DNA from: Octopus vulgaris
Lineage: Eukaryota
Length of the DNA stretch: 64,000 bases
Direction: 5' to 3'
NCBI GenBank assembly: GCA_951406725.2
Contig: OX597835.1
Span: forward strand, 19,096,001-19,160,000
Shown: piece by piece, positions 13,745 through 27,935 of the stretch
How the letters are laid out: every line of letters starts with the position of its first letter
Numbering within the stretch: position 1 is the stretch's first letter
Program-made: the position numbers and the translations under genes
Notes under the pieces: model-generated
The model's input: only the letters and a program-made list of their open reading frames with translations
Told to the model about the DNA's origin: nothing
The model's database searches: none

Positions 13745-15593
13745 ACACACAATAGCACATACGTAAGTATATTCACAAAACATATGATTGGTGATATACA
13801 GTAATGCAATAGGAAAGTGATATAATACCTAAATATGCAGGAATATATCCGGCTTATATGTTTATTAGTTGCATTCCAAGTTGAGCATTTTCCTATATAT
13901 TGAAAGGCGTCAATATGCAAAGAGGTCATATTAAAAACATATGATCTACTAAATGGCAAATGATAACTTAATGCGATCTGCTTTAAAAAAATTTCTGTTT
14001 TCTCTGTATGCTGAAATGCTGGTGTTGCAACCATGGCGGTATTCCGTATTGGTGCTGATATTGAATAGAATATCTAAGAATGGATTGTATAAATATAGTA
14101 TAGAAGAAAGCATCGTTTGATGTTTGTGTGAGTTAAAAATGTAAAAGCTACGAGCATGGAGATATTTCAGACTGTTATTGCATAATCATTGATCATAAGC
14201 TACTTAATCGAATTCATTATCTTCATATAATATGAAAGAGATTATCGAAATACACTTAGCAAAGAAGAATAAAAAAAAAAGAAAGAAAATTATTGACTGA
14301 AGTTATCGTAAAATACATAGGATGATTGCTATTGGCCAGAATTGCTTCAGGATTATATTATTAGAGAATGGAATGGAAAATATATTTCATAACATACATT
14401 ATTCTTTTCGAAACGTTTCAAATAACATGCATATAAAATGTAAAGTTTCAATTGACCACATTTTCTAACATAGTACAATGAATATTTATCTTCTGAAAAA
14501 CAGAAAATATTTGTGTTTTTAAACAAATAATAAACATTAAAACATTAACATACACAAGAAATTGGTATGTTTATTTTCCTCACCTTCGTAAACTCCATTG
14601 TTGGTTCGTTATTTCGTTGTTTGCCTTCTGCCATTTAAACATTTCACTATGAATTATGCAACACTAAATCCGCCCCTAGTTACCGTTAGAAAATTTCAAG
14701 ATTTTTCTCTCAGGAATGTAATTTTGCCCTTTATTTTCATTTTGATTCTAATTTGTTTTTTTAAGCAATGCTTACGTACGCCATTTTTTTTTTGTATATT
14801 TTATTTTGTTTCTATCAGAGAAAGAAGTCTTATCTTAGCCAATCATTTTCTTAATGCAATCTTTTGGATATCTCGAGTGGCAATTTAAAAGAAGTAAAAA
14901 AAAAAAAAATAGTAATGATAATAATAAAAATAATAACTACAACTGAAAAAAAAAACATCAGAAAGTAACTCGGTGACATATACTGAAAGCCTTAGAGGAA
15001 AAGTAGAGAATGAATAAACAACATGTCTTACAAAAAGATTTTCAAAAGCAGCAACAGGAACAGCAGCGAAAAAGAAAAAAAAACAGAAAAAAAAACCAAC
15101 TGAAAAGAAATAAAAGAGAGAGAAGACACAGATTGTATTTCATTTGACGACATCACAGTAATTATATTATAATACTAATTAAGATTTTTAATTTGATTTA
15201 AAACTTAGCGGTCGTCAGATTTTTGTAGATTTCTGAAGAGTAAGAATGTACTGCTGTGTGAATTTTTTAAAACTGAGCCTGCAGTCATTCTCTTGAAACA
15301 TTGATGATGCTTGCGCTTCAATTTAGAGCACGCTATAAGAATTTTCATTAGAAATCCAAAAACACACATAAGAACAGCAAGAGAAAATAACTTTGTCACG
15401 AGGAAGCTTTCATAATGATAACAATAGCAACAGCAACAACAACAACAACATCACCACCACCAACAACAACAAGGATAACATAAGCAACAACAACGACAAC
15501 AATAATAGGAAGAAGATAAATAATAATAACAATAATAATGAGTATACTAATAAGAAAACGAAGAAAAATGGCTACTATTATTATTATTGTTGC

Positions 15594-15721
<128 letters not shown>

Positions 15722-15874
15722 CTATTATTATTATTATTATTCTATGTTTGACTTATGCTTCATATGTGTACAAGTTGGCTCCAAGTCTCACCCAGAGACC
15801 GCAAGAGACAACAGGTTGGAAGTTCATGTTGTTGTTATGCCTAGTGTGCCATCATTATTATTATTTTTTTATTA

Positions 15875-15932
<58 letters not shown>

Positions 15933-15949
15933 CATTATTATTATTATAG

Positions 15950-16160
15950 CGGCGAACTGGCGGAATCGTTAGCACGCCGGGCGAAATGCTTAGCGGTATT
16001 TCGTCTGTCTTATGTTCTGAGTTCAAACTCCGCCGAGGTCGACTTGTTCTTTCATCCTTTCGGGAACAATAAATTAAGTAGCAGTTACGCACTGGGGGGT
16101 GATGTAATCGACTATGCCTCTCCGCCAAATTTCATGCACTTTGCGTATAGTAGAAAGGAT
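15950..16160 (+). mobile_element. SINE family A variant with an alternative tail followed by (TAT)n
   Basis: Family A head and centre, then CCAAATTTCATGCACTTTGCGTATAGTAGAAAGGAT; similar tails on the minus strand at ~39400 and ~55315. Confidence 0.75.
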
Positions 16161-16174
16161 ACTTATTATTATTA

Positions 16175-16240
<66 letters not shown>

Positions 16241-16254
16241 ATTATTATTATTAT

Positions 16255-16299
<45 letters not shown>

Positions 16300-16329
16300 C
16301 AGCAGCAGCAGCAGCAGCAGTAGCAGTAA

Positions 16330-16387
<58 letters not shown>

Positions 16388-16435
16388 TGCAGCAGCAGCA
16401 GTAGCAGTAGTAGTAGTAGTAGTAGTAGTAGTTGC

Positions 16436-16523
<88 letters not shown>

Positions 16524-16750
16524 TTGCGGTGAGCTGGCAAAATCGTTAGCATGCTTTGTGTGGCCATATTTAGAGATTTACGTTCCGAGTTTCAGTTTCG
16601 ATAAAAGTCTGTTTTCTCTTTCTTACCTTCGTTGTTGTTGCTGTTGTTGTTATTGTGATATCGATGTCATATTTTCATTGTCATATTGATGACGAATTAG
16701 TTATACGCTTGATTTCACACGTATCATATTTACAAGAGAAGTGCTAATAT

Positions 16751-16966
16751 CGAAGGAGAGGAGCTTTCTCCGTCCGGGTTGCGGATCCGTGGAACAAGCT
16801 GCCAGACGAGATGGTGAAGATGCCGACGACCGCTTTGTTCAAAGCCTCCCTGGACCTCAAGTGGCCTGAACTCTTTACATGAACACCACCCTGTACTTAA
16901 CTCCATGTCCCCCTACATGGCCTTGCTATTTGCTTTTGAGCCAAATTAACTAACTAACTAACTAAC
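16751..16966 (+). mobile_element. CR1-like LINE 3' fragment
   Basis: Translates RRRGAFSVRVADPWNKLPDEMVKMPTTALFKASLDLKWPELFT*, matching the FSxRVxxxWNxLP motif of CR1 ORF2 C-termini; (CTAA)n tail. Confidence 0.85.
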
Positions 16967-17087
16967 ATCCATGTGTAAAAGTGATGAAAGTTAATACAAA
17001 AACAAAATACTTGAGGATATATCTCAAGGGAGCTCTCTACGACCTAAAAGAACACACGGAAACATTTCATGTGTCTCTCTCTCTCTC

Positions 17088-17516
17088 TTTTTTACTCTTT
17101 TATTGTTTTACTTGTTTCAGTCGTGTCACTGCGGCCATGCTGGAGCACCTCCTTAAGTCGAGCGAATCGACCCCCCGGACTTATTCTTTGTAAGCCTAGT
17201 ACTTATTCTATCGGTCTCTTTTGCCGAACCGCTAAGTTACGGGGACGTAAACACACCAGCATCGGTTGTCAAGCGATGTTGGGGTGGGGTGAGGACAGAC
17301 ACAGACACACAAACAAACACACACACACACTCATATATATATATAAATATACACGACGAGCTTCTTTCAGTTTCCGTCTGCCAAATCCACTCACAAGGAT
17401 TTGGTCGGCCCGAGGCTATAGTAGAAGAGACTTGCCCAAGGTGCCACGCAGTGGGACCGAACGCAGAACCATGTAGTTGGTAATCAAGCTACTTACCACA
17501 CAGCCACTCTTGCGCC
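17088..17516 (-). mobile_element. SINE family B, full length
   Basis: Reverse complement of family B. Confidence 0.9.
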
Positions 17517-17861
17517 TATAATATACTATGTTTTAATTATCTTGATTAATTGGTTTCAGTAGAATGATTTATAGAAACCTTTCATCACAGACCCCCAAGA
17601 CTTCTTCAGTGACTCTCCATCCTATGTATCTCCACCTGTTCGGTTGAAGATTTATAGAAACATTTTTTCTAATTCGGTATTCAAAATCTAAAACCTACTC
17701 AGGTACGTTAGCATTGTAGTAAATATGGATGAAGATTACGTCTATATAAAGTATTGTTTGTTGTGCTAAGTGGAAAAAGCTGATGTGTTTCTTTATTGTT
17801 AGGTGTCTCAGTGACGAGTTTTCTACTTGTGAAACTGGCTGTGACAATAATGGAGGAGGGG

Positions 17862-18223
17862 GCACTCCGTCGGTTACGACGATGAGGGTTCCGGTTGATC
17901 CGAATCAACGGCACAGCCTGCTCGTAAAATTAACGTGTAAGTGGCTGAGCACTCCACAGACACGTGTACCCTTAACGTAGTTCTCGGGGATATTCAGCGT
18001 GACACGGAGAGTGACAAGGCCGGCCCTTTGAAATACAGGTACAACAGAAACAGGAAGTAAGAGTGAGAGAAAGTTGTGGTGAAAGAGTACAGCAGGGATC
18101 ACCACCATCCCTGCCGGAGCCTCGTGCAACTTTAGGTGTTTTCGCTCAATAGAAACCGGGAATAGAAACCGCGATCCTATGACCGCGAGTCCGCTGCCCT
18201 AACCACTGGGCCATTGCGCCTCC
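17862..18223 (-). mobile_element. SINE family C
   Basis: Matches 59061-59448 with a short deletion; direct repeat CTGTGACAATAAT on both sides. Confidence 0.9.
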
Positions 18224-18566
18224 TGTGACAATAATACAAAAATAAGATAACCAGACAACAGTAGTAAAAATGTAACGATTAAAGAAATCTCTTAATAAAC
18301 CAGCGAAAGATATTCCTTCTGAATACAGATATCTGTCGTCATTTCTTGAAATTTTTCTACATAATTTTTGGACTATTTGCATGTATTTTTCCCTTCTTCT
18401 TCTTCTTCTTCTTCTTCTTCTTCTTCTTCTTCTTCTTCTTCTTCTTCTTCTTCTTCTTCTTCTTCTTCTTCTTCTTCTTCTTCTCCTCCTCCTCCTCCTC
18501 CTCCTTCTTCTTCTTCTTCTTCTTCTTCTTCTTCTTCTTCTTCTTCTTCTTCTTCTTCTTCTTCTT

Positions 18567-18960
18567 CCAATCAGGACTCACGCCATTAGCCACAAAGAAT
18601 AATCTCTAATTCGAGCCTACTCTAAGCTACTAAGAATGCGCGTGGAGACTTGAATATCCACCCACCACACGCGATAGACCGGCGGTTGCATGGGTGCGAA
18701 AGCTACGTTGTTATCCTCATTCCGTAAACGTTGGCTATTTTAACGGGTGGAGAGCTGAACCATCCTGGGGTACAGAGGTTTCGCAATCTAGACTAGGGTC
18801 TGAAAGTTTACCACACCGTAGTGGGTTACACCACGGTTCCTCTGCTTTGTGGCAGATGTAGGAAGAAAGAGTGAGAAAAAATCGTGGTGAAAGAGTACAG
18901 CGGGGTTCAACCCCAACAACCGGAGCCTCGTGGAGCTTAGGTTTTTGCTCAAGAAACACA
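18567..18960 (-). mobile_element. SINE with family C central module and a different tail ending in (AAG)n
   Basis: 18860-18960 aligns to the C centre (GAGTGAGA...GTGGTGAAAGAGTACAGC...CCGGAGCCTCGTGGAGCTTAGG); the rest is unrelated and abuts (CTT)n at 18393-18566. Confidence 0.55.
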
Positions 18961-20024
18961 CTGCTGCTGCTGTTGCTAAAACTTAGGTTAGTTTGATCGA
19001 CACCTCCTAAGACTCAGTATAGCATAACTGTTCCTTTTGAAACGTTGACCTTGCACTGACAGCAGCTTTTAAAGTTACGAAGTCTGGATGCCTGAAACAA
19101 TTGAGAGAAAGAGAGAGAGAGAGTGAGTGAGAGAGAGAGAAACAGATAGAAACAGAGAAAAGGGAGAGATAATCATGGCGATGGAGGTTGTTATGAACAC
19201 ACAATTTATTTATCCACCCTGAAAGAATGAGTTGAAATTTGGCCATGGTAGGATTTGAATTCAAAAAGAAATATGCGTAAAGGATAGCACAATTCATTGC
19301 ATCCGAAATTCCCCGGAATCGTCAGCTTCCACAATAAAGAAGAGAAGATTGGATTGCTATTTCTGGCAAAGTATCGAACCAAGTACGTTTTATTACATAC
19401 TCGGTAAGATATAGAAATCATGAAAATACCATGCGTTAAATCCTAGTGTAAAGGTTTGAGGTGTGGTAGATACCGATTGATGATATATCTGAAAGTGGGC
19501 GTCGCTAATAAAGCATTCAGATGAAAAAAAAAAAGGTTCATTTCTAACGTAAGCCCAAAACATCATATCTTTGGACAGGAAGTGGCCAATTAAATGAACC
19601 TAACAGCTTTTGATTAGTGATTTTTTTTTTTTAAATCGATGCAGGGAATATAAACTGCCAAGTCAGACTTGATAGGATGTGAAACTTTATAACGTTTATA
19701 AAATATCAGAAGTCATTTTATTCAAATCCCTGCCAACAACTGTCAATCATCGTCATTTATATATTAAAACGAATATTAGAAGTAATATAAGAAAACTTGG
19801 AATAATATTCTGACATATGGCACCAATCTTTCTCTTCCATTTAGATATAAAATCATGGGAGAACCAGAATTGCTATTACTAAAACCAAATTAGATATTTT
19901 GGCTTTTCGTATGTATGTACGTATGCTCACGTGTGCGTGCATGTGTGTATAATATATATATATATATATATATATCATATATATATATATACGTATATAT
20001 ATATATGTACGTTTCTATGTATGC

Positions 20025-20099
<75 letters not shown>

Positions 20100-20128
20100 T
20101 ATATATATGTACGTTTGGTTTGTATGTA

Positions 20129-20188
<60 letters not shown>

Positions 20189-20375
20189 TGTGTGTGTTTG
20201 TGTGTGCTGTGTGTCGATTTTCATTTCAGTGAACTCCGATGGGGGGAAGTCGTATTTTCTTTTCAGCTTCCTAAAACAATTCCGTTTGCACAATTTCTAA
20301 AAGTAAAAAAATAAAGTACAAATGTAATAATAATACTAATACCGACAACAGCAACAACAACGACGACAACGATAC

Positions 20376-20417
<42 letters not shown>

Positions 20418-20419
20418 TA

Positions 20420-20465
<46 letters not shown>

Positions 20466-20506
20466 TAATAATAATGACAATAATAATAATAATAATAATA
20501 ATGATG

Positions 20507-20594
<88 letters not shown>

Positions 20595-21294
20595 CGACAA
20601 CAACAGCAACAACAATAACAGAATGACAAAAATTAAGGATTTATTATAGCAGACATGCAAATTATTCCACGCAATAGCAATATCCGTTTTATGTTTTATG
20701 TCGGTATAAATTGCCAAGAATTTTGACACCGCTAAACTTGGCTTCATTCATTCGGCGTTTCTTGGAGGTTGTATCAGGAAACATATATAAAATAGGCGTC
20801 AGGAATTGATACGTTCTTCATTCATCTTTACTTGACAACCTGTTGGCATGCCTCCACACTTGTGACCGAGCGAGGTCAACCATTGAAAAGGAACAGTCGA
20901 ACTATTCTTATAGAATAACCATTCCAGATTTTCACCATTTTTTTTCCCTCAGATTTTTCTCTCTTATTGCTTCGCATTTTTTGTAACGTCTTTATTGTAT
21001 ATAAAAGGTTTATGTGCGTATGAAGGATATATAGATATGTTTATGCGCGTATGAAGTATATATATATATACGTACGTACATGCATATATACATACATGCG
21101 TGTATATACAGCAGGTTTGCGTGTAAGGCATGTGTACTTGTGTCTATATATATGTATATATATTTGACATACATATGTATCTATGCATTTATACATATGC
21201 ATATACTACATATACATATGTATATATATGTACATATATGCTCGCGTGTGTGTGTGTATATCTATGCCTATATCTATATCTATATCTATATCTA

Positions 21295-21340
<46 letters not shown>

Positions 21341-21518
21341 CACAATGATTTATACGTTAAAACAGGATATATTTTATATCGTATCACTATACGTTCATAC
21401 ATACACACGCACACGCGCGTACACATACACAGGCATATTTATATATAAGTCTGTATGTGCAAGACATTACGTATAAGCATGTATGTGCTTATATACGTAG
21501 GTATATTCGTATGCAAGA

Positions 21519-21893
21519 TCTCTCTCTATATAAACGGCAGTTTGTCTGTGCGTGTTTCTGTGTGTCTGTTTGCTTGTACCCTCACCCTGACCACGGCTTT
21601 CAACCGATTCTGATGAAACTTGACACACACATAGCCCAATGTCATAATTCAAAACTAACGCAGCGAAAATTTTGAAAAGTTCCCCCAGTTCTGAAAAAAA
21701 TCGATAAATTCGACATGGGGTCGAGAATCAGGAATACGAACCACAAACTGTCTAGGGGACGCAACTCTACCTTTTTTAAATCTCAAAAAAAAATTTACCA
21801 TAATTTTTTTCCTATTTTTTGGCTATAACTCTCTAAAAATGCTTTATAGTTATTTCCCTTACAAACCTGAGCAACGCCGGGCGATACTGCTAG
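21519..21893 (+). mobile_element. Non-autonomous Helitron (different 5' half, shared 3' end)
   Basis: A|TC...CTAG|T; same 3' ~80 bp and hairpin as the other Helitrons. Confidence 0.85.
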
Positions 21894-22151
21894 TTATATA
21901 TAAGCACATATGCATAATTTTTGTAATACGAACGATAAATGCATGTTTGTATAGATATGTTTGTATTTATGTTACAGTGCTTTATAAATTCACGCAGGTA
22001 AGCCTAAACCTATCTGAATACGTGGGTGTATGTGTATGGGATATTTCAATACTAATGTACAAACACGCACACGAACAAAGCATCCTCACGCAAACACACA
22101 CACACACAAATACAAATACACACACAGGAATATATATGTGTGTGTGTGTAT

Positions 22152-22513
22152 ACTCTTTTACTCTTTTACTTCTTTCAGTCATGTGACTCTGGCCGGGCCG
22201 GAGCACCGCCTTTAGTCGAGCAAATCGGCCCCAGGACTTATTCTTTGTTAGCCTAGTACATATTCTATCAGACCCTTTTGCCGAACCGCTAAGTTACGGG
22301 GGCGTAAACCCAGCAGCATCTGTTGTCAAGCGATGATGGGGAACAGACACAGACGCACAAACATATATATACACACATACACACACACATCCACAAACAC
22401 ATACACACATATATACATATATACGACGGGATTCTTTCAGTTTCCGTCTACCAAAGCCACTCACAAGGCTTTGGTCTGCCCGATGCTATAGTAGAAGACA
22501 CTTGCCCAAGGTG
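22152..22513 (-). mobile_element. SINE family B, 5'-truncated
   Basis: Reverse complement of family B. Confidence 0.85.
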
Positions 22514-23084
22514 CGACTGAAGTATAGATTCTTCTTTTCCAGGTAAGTAGATGCAAAAATAGTTATAAATGACGTGACCAGTACTTCCTATTCAACCGCT
22601 CATGAGTTGGACTCCTACACATCCACTTGCATGTTTTACTCTGAAAATACACGCGCGTACACATACGCACACACATTCTATTGTCTCATTGTGCTTTAAG
22701 AAGTCTTTAAATCTCGAAACTGGTCTTTAATAAAGGTGTTCTTGGATTAATTGCATTTTTCATCTGGTGATTTATATCATCTGCATATCCTCGGGGCACA
22801 CCCATGGTCTACTCTCTCTATTTACAACGTCAGTCGTAAATTTCCAGTTCTGGGGTAAGAAATTCCTGTTATATCTCAGTCAGCCTTATTCGAGCATTTG
22901 CGAAGTCAATGATTTCGACAACTCTTTCAGACGAAGCCATAAAATAAAATGCTGCAACGGTTCTTAGAAGCTACTTTAAAACCAACAGAAAGACAAATTC
23001 CATATCATTACATAAATAAATGCGTATGTATATAGACTCGACGAATACATGCAAATGCATATCTATCTATCATCTATCTATGTA

Positions 23085-23547
23085 GCAACGATGGCACGTA
23101 TGAATGACGAAGCCCCCTTGAGCATGGTCCTATGAACCCAGAAATTGAAAACAGAGGGTTACCCACTTGCAAACAAATGCGGTAACATAACAATATTGAC
23201 CGAGGTTACCGTGGTCTTTTTCGTAGGCTTTTCTACCCACGGATAAACCTCATCTGCTTCCCCCCTTTACACCGTACGTCATGACACTATGATACACGAT
23301 CCCTATTGATCCTTTTATTTCCTGTTCTCCTTTTTTCCTCTTTTTTCTTCTTTTTCCTTTTTCTTTTCGTTTGTTTCTTTCTTTCTCCTTTTTTTTCCCT
23401 TTCACGATCCCTTTTGATCGAAAACCTACGCCACTTTTTTTGTTTCTCTTGTTTTTTGTTTTTTTGTTTTTTTCATCCCCCAAAAGAAAAGCTCTAGCTG
23501 GTAATTTGTCCCATCTGTGTGCAGCCCTGTGTGGCCAATAAAGAAAC

Positions 23548-23611
<64 letters not shown>

Positions 23612-23862
23612 GTTTCAATCTGTCTGTCTGACTATTTATTCTTCTGTTTATTTATGTACCTATCTATAAATATTTTCTTTTTTAATAAAAAAATTTTTTT
23701 TTTATTTTATTACTTTTCATTTTCCTTTTTTTTTTCTTCTTTTCCTCTTACGATCCCTTTTGATCGAAAACCTACCCCACTTTATCTTTTCTCCCAAAAA
23801 AGAAAAGCTCTACTTTGTAATCTGTCCCGTTTGTGTGCAGCCTTGTGTGGCTAATAAAGAAA
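23085..23862 (+). mobile_element. Probable LINE 3' UTR, two partial tandem copies, each followed by (TATC)n
   Basis: ACGATCCCTTTTGATCGAAAACCTAC...GAAAAGCTCTA...GCAGCCYTGTGTGGCYAATAAAGAAAC occurs at ~23405-23547 and ~23750-23863. Confidence 0.5.
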
Positions 23863-23925
23863 CATATATTTCTATCTATCGATCTATTTGTCTGTCTATC
23901 TATCCATCCATCCATCCATCCATCC

Positions 23926-23997
<72 letters not shown>

Positions 23998-24061
23998 GTC
24001 TATCCGTCTTTCTGTCTATCTATCTATCAATTCATCTTTGCATCTATCTACCTGTCTATGA

Positions 24062-24120
<59 letters not shown>

Positions 24121-25257
24121 CATTTCTGTTGATTCACCTGAAGCGAAAACCTCAGTGCAGATGTAGATTATTCTTTCTTACATTTTATCTGACACAGCTT
24201 GCCAACAGAAATCATGCAACAGTAACATTCGTGCCGAGTGTCCAGTAATCGGTAACTGTCTGGCAAATTCGACAGTATAGAGTGAAAAGTTTGAATCAGA
24301 AAGCAATGATCCACCTTAAACAAATACGGGGGCAACGGAGCTCACATTCAGAAAAAAATATATTACAAGCATAAACATTCCTTTACCAGCCCCGACTGAA
24401 AATGTTATACGACTTTGTCAGATTTTATTTGTATCTTGCGCGAGACAAGCCCCCGTGAATTCAAATGTAGCTACACTGTTGTAAATGATACGCGACCTTA
24501 CAGGAACGGAGATTTCAGATCAAAGACGTGGTATGATGTTTGGTTTAGCTAAAGAGGGAGAATTTTGATTCAAAGCAACAATAGTTTGAACAACATAAAT
24601 GAACTGTTAACGCCCATATGTATGCGTCTAAGTATCTTTCATGCAAATAGAAACCACTTTCAATTTCGTTTGGTTCAAGAAAATACGTTGGTTTAGATAT
24701 ACATGTAGCAGCTCAGGCGCATGCAAAATGAACAGCCGCGTACAGATTCCCAGTTTTTAGAAACATCAGATAAGAGAAGAATTCATAAGTATTATTTAAA
24801 ATAAAAATTTTGGAGCGTTGCTTAAACAGCTATTGAATTTCATGACTTCACTTCTATTGAATTTATGATGTTTATACTCATATTACCACGAAAATCAGAA
24901 ATGAAATAAAATACGTAGGCTTGAAGCCCATTTTTGCCTTTTAAATTAAAAATTATTACGGTAAATGTTTCCTTCAAGCTTTTATTTAATATTTCCAAAA
25001 ATAAAAAAAGAAAGAAAAAAATTTCAGACAGTGAATATTCAAAAGAAAACCAAACTTGGTTTACCAGCTGGTGATCGGAAACGAGCAACATCGAGAACTG
25101 GAATTCGGAGCCTTTGAATCATACATACTTATACATGTATATAGTAATCGCTACGCTTAGGCAATGTTGAAAGGGAAGCAAATTTTAGATTAGTAATATA
25201 GCATTTCTAAATCTCTCAGAGACCTTTATACAGTAGCAGCACGATCAAGTGATGGTA

Positions 25258-25451
25258 CGTTGCCAATTTAATGTAGCAGTCCCATAAACGGGGAGAATGC
25301 TGGCTTTGCTGGGTGGAGGTGCTTATCTCCCCTTTTTGAAAACATAAGGACACAGAAAATGTATCATGGCCAACTGGAAACCGTGTTTCCTAGGGCTAAA
25401 TAGCAGTAGCATTCTTCCCTTTCATGGGACTGCCACATTAAGTAGGCAACA
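25258..25451. mobile_element. MITE, ~45-bp TIRs, TA flanks (Tc1/mariner-like)
   Basis: CGTTGCCAATTTAATGTAGCAGTCCCATAAACGGGGAGAATGCT versus the reverse complement of AGCATTCTTCCCTTTCATGGGACTGCCACATTAAGTAGGCAACA; TA on both sides. Confidence 0.7.
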
Positions 25452-26920
25452 TATAATCGCAGCAGTAGTATTTAGCCCTAGGAAATTGATTTCTATTGTG
25501 AATATTTATTAAAGTAGAGATTTGTTTTTGCATTAAGTCAATTTATTTCATTTTTTAAAATACATATGTATATACAAACACAGACATACACAAACACACG
25601 CACACACATGTACACTCACACACACCATGTCCACACACACACACACTCACACATACATGTATATATAGCATTTAGCCCTAGACACTGTGTAGATCAGATG
25701 TGTTCACATGTTTCACTATAAGCGAGAATTTTTTTTTGTCCGCTATAATATAGAGTTAGGTTACGATATACTTAACCCAAACCAAAGTTTGTCAACGCTA
25801 CTTAGCAGAAGGTCACGGCGAACTTCTGCTGACTCTTTCGCCACAAATTTTTCTCACTCTTTCCTCCTGCATCTTGCAGCTCAACTCCGACGAACCGACG
25901 ACCCGTCCAGGTGGGGAACCTATACGCCAAGGAAACCGGGAAACCGGCCCTAATGAACTATATATATATATATATTCTATGGCTTTCTTTCAGATACCGT
26001 CCACCAGATTCGCTCACAAATCTTTGATCAGCTCGAGGCTATAGTAGAAGACACTTGCCCAAGGCGCCACGCAGTGGAACTGAACCGGGAAGCATGTGAT
26101 TGGGAAGAAAATCTGTTAGCACACAAGCACGCGTGTTGTTTGTCTTTATTTGCAGAAGCATCATTGCTTTTCAAAATACCGTAGTGCTTGTAGTTTTTGT
26201 TGTTTCTTTTCTTATTGTTGCTGTTCTGTACTTTCAACGTCTATGACGTATATTGAGCAATTAAACAAACATGCCTTCTTATTTTCACAAGGGAAAACAT
26301 CCCTGTCACAGTTTTCGTTAAGTCTACACACAGATAAGATTATAATGTCAAACGAGTGAATATTAGTCCTTTAATATTCGTTTAAGTGGAACTAAAAATA
26401 CAGTAAAAAAAAGTCAATTTTGCCAAATAACTCTGATATTAGAAGAAGTCGAGAAACATGATCTTGCCTTTTCAAAATTAGTTTAGGAAGATTGATATAT
26501 CCCATTTCACCTATCGATCTAATGGTTCGTTAATAATATAATGAACATCGAATGATATCTGATGAAAGGTTCAATTTATGTACTTAAGCAGACATGCATA
26601 AATAAATAATTGTATTATCAATTAGCTAACTAACTAATTAATTACACTCAACTAATGCTACGAGACATTTGCCTCATCACCTGTCGGCTAGAGATCATCA
26701 TAATTACTGGACTTTCTAGCAAAATCATTTCATCTAGCAGAGCATAGCAGCATGAAGCGCCATGGAAATATCCGGTGGATGGAGTCGGCCAGTAATATAT
26801 CGCTATTCATGTCTTCATAGCAACACACACAGTATTAATTACAACCGAGCTGGCAAACAAGCAAGCTAGCAGTCGTTAGGCGTGCTAGATATAATAGTTA
26901 AATTTCCAACAGATCATATC

Positions 26921-27318
26921 TGGCTGTGTGGTAAGTAGCTTGCTAACCAACCACATGGTTCCGGGTTCAGTCCCACTGCGTGGCATCTTGGGCAAGTGTC
27001 TTCTGCTATAGCCCCGGGCCGACCAATGCCTTGTGAGTGGATTTGGTAGACGGAAACTGAAAGAAGCCTGTCGTATATATGTATATATGTGTATGTGTGT
27101 GTATGTGTTTGTGTGTCTGTGTTTGTCCATCTAACATTGCTTGACAACCGATGCTGGTGTGTTTACGTCCCCGTCACCTAGCGGTTCGGCAAGAAAGACC
27201 GATAGAATACGTACTGGGCTTACAAAGAATGAGTCCCGGGGTCGATTTGCTCGACTAAAGGCGGTGCTCCAGCATGGCCGCAGTCAAATGACTGAAACAA
27301 GTAAAAGGAGTAAAAGAA

Positions 27319-27319
<1 letters not shown>
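26921..27319 (+). mobile_element. SINE family B
   Basis: Matches the family B consensus. Confidence 0.9.
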
Positions 27320-27384
<65 letters not shown>

Positions 27385-27385
27385 T

Positions 27386-27768
27386 ATTTCTTTACTACCC
27401 ACTAGGGGCTAAACACAGAGGGGACAAACAAGGACAGACAAACGGATTAAGTCGATTATATCGACCCCAGTGCGTAACTGGTACTTATTTAATCGACCCC
27501 GAAAGGATGAAAGGCAAAGTCGACCTCGGCGGAATTTGAACTCAGAACGTAACGGCAGACGAAATACCTATTTCTTTATTACCCACAAGGGGCTAAACAT
27601 AGAAGGGACAAACAAAGACAGACAAACGGATTAAGTCGATTATATCGACTCCAGTGCGTAACAGGTACTTATTTAATCGACCCCGAAAGGATGAAAGGCA
27701 AAGTCGACCTCGGAGGAATTTGAACTCACAACGTAACGCGTGCTAACGTTTCTGCCAGCTTGCCGCCT
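27386..27768 (-). mobile_element. SINE family A dimer
   Basis: Two tandem units joined at AAAGAAATA|GGTATTTCGTCTG on the minus strand. Confidence 0.9.
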
Positions 27769-27935
27769 TAACAGATCATATCATGTAATTTGTCATCCAC
27801 AATAGAATATTTTTGATAATAAATCTAAAAGGGTGTGACTTAATTCTGTTGATCAGAGATGGCCTAGTGTAGTACAACAATATTATGTTGAGTACACTCA
27901 ACTGTAAATTAATAAGCTTGAGTACACTCATCTGT

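Noticed and set aside
15205-15399. 64-aa ORF with a hydrophobic N-terminus
   Set aside because: GTG start, no recognisable family, and a length expected by chance.
21609-21625. Other CTGANGA matches (21610, 26559, 31372, 44248, 53563 minus, 58934 minus) as hammerheads
   Set aside because: No properly placed stem II, GAAA, NUH and stem I; several lie within Helitron or LINE sequence.
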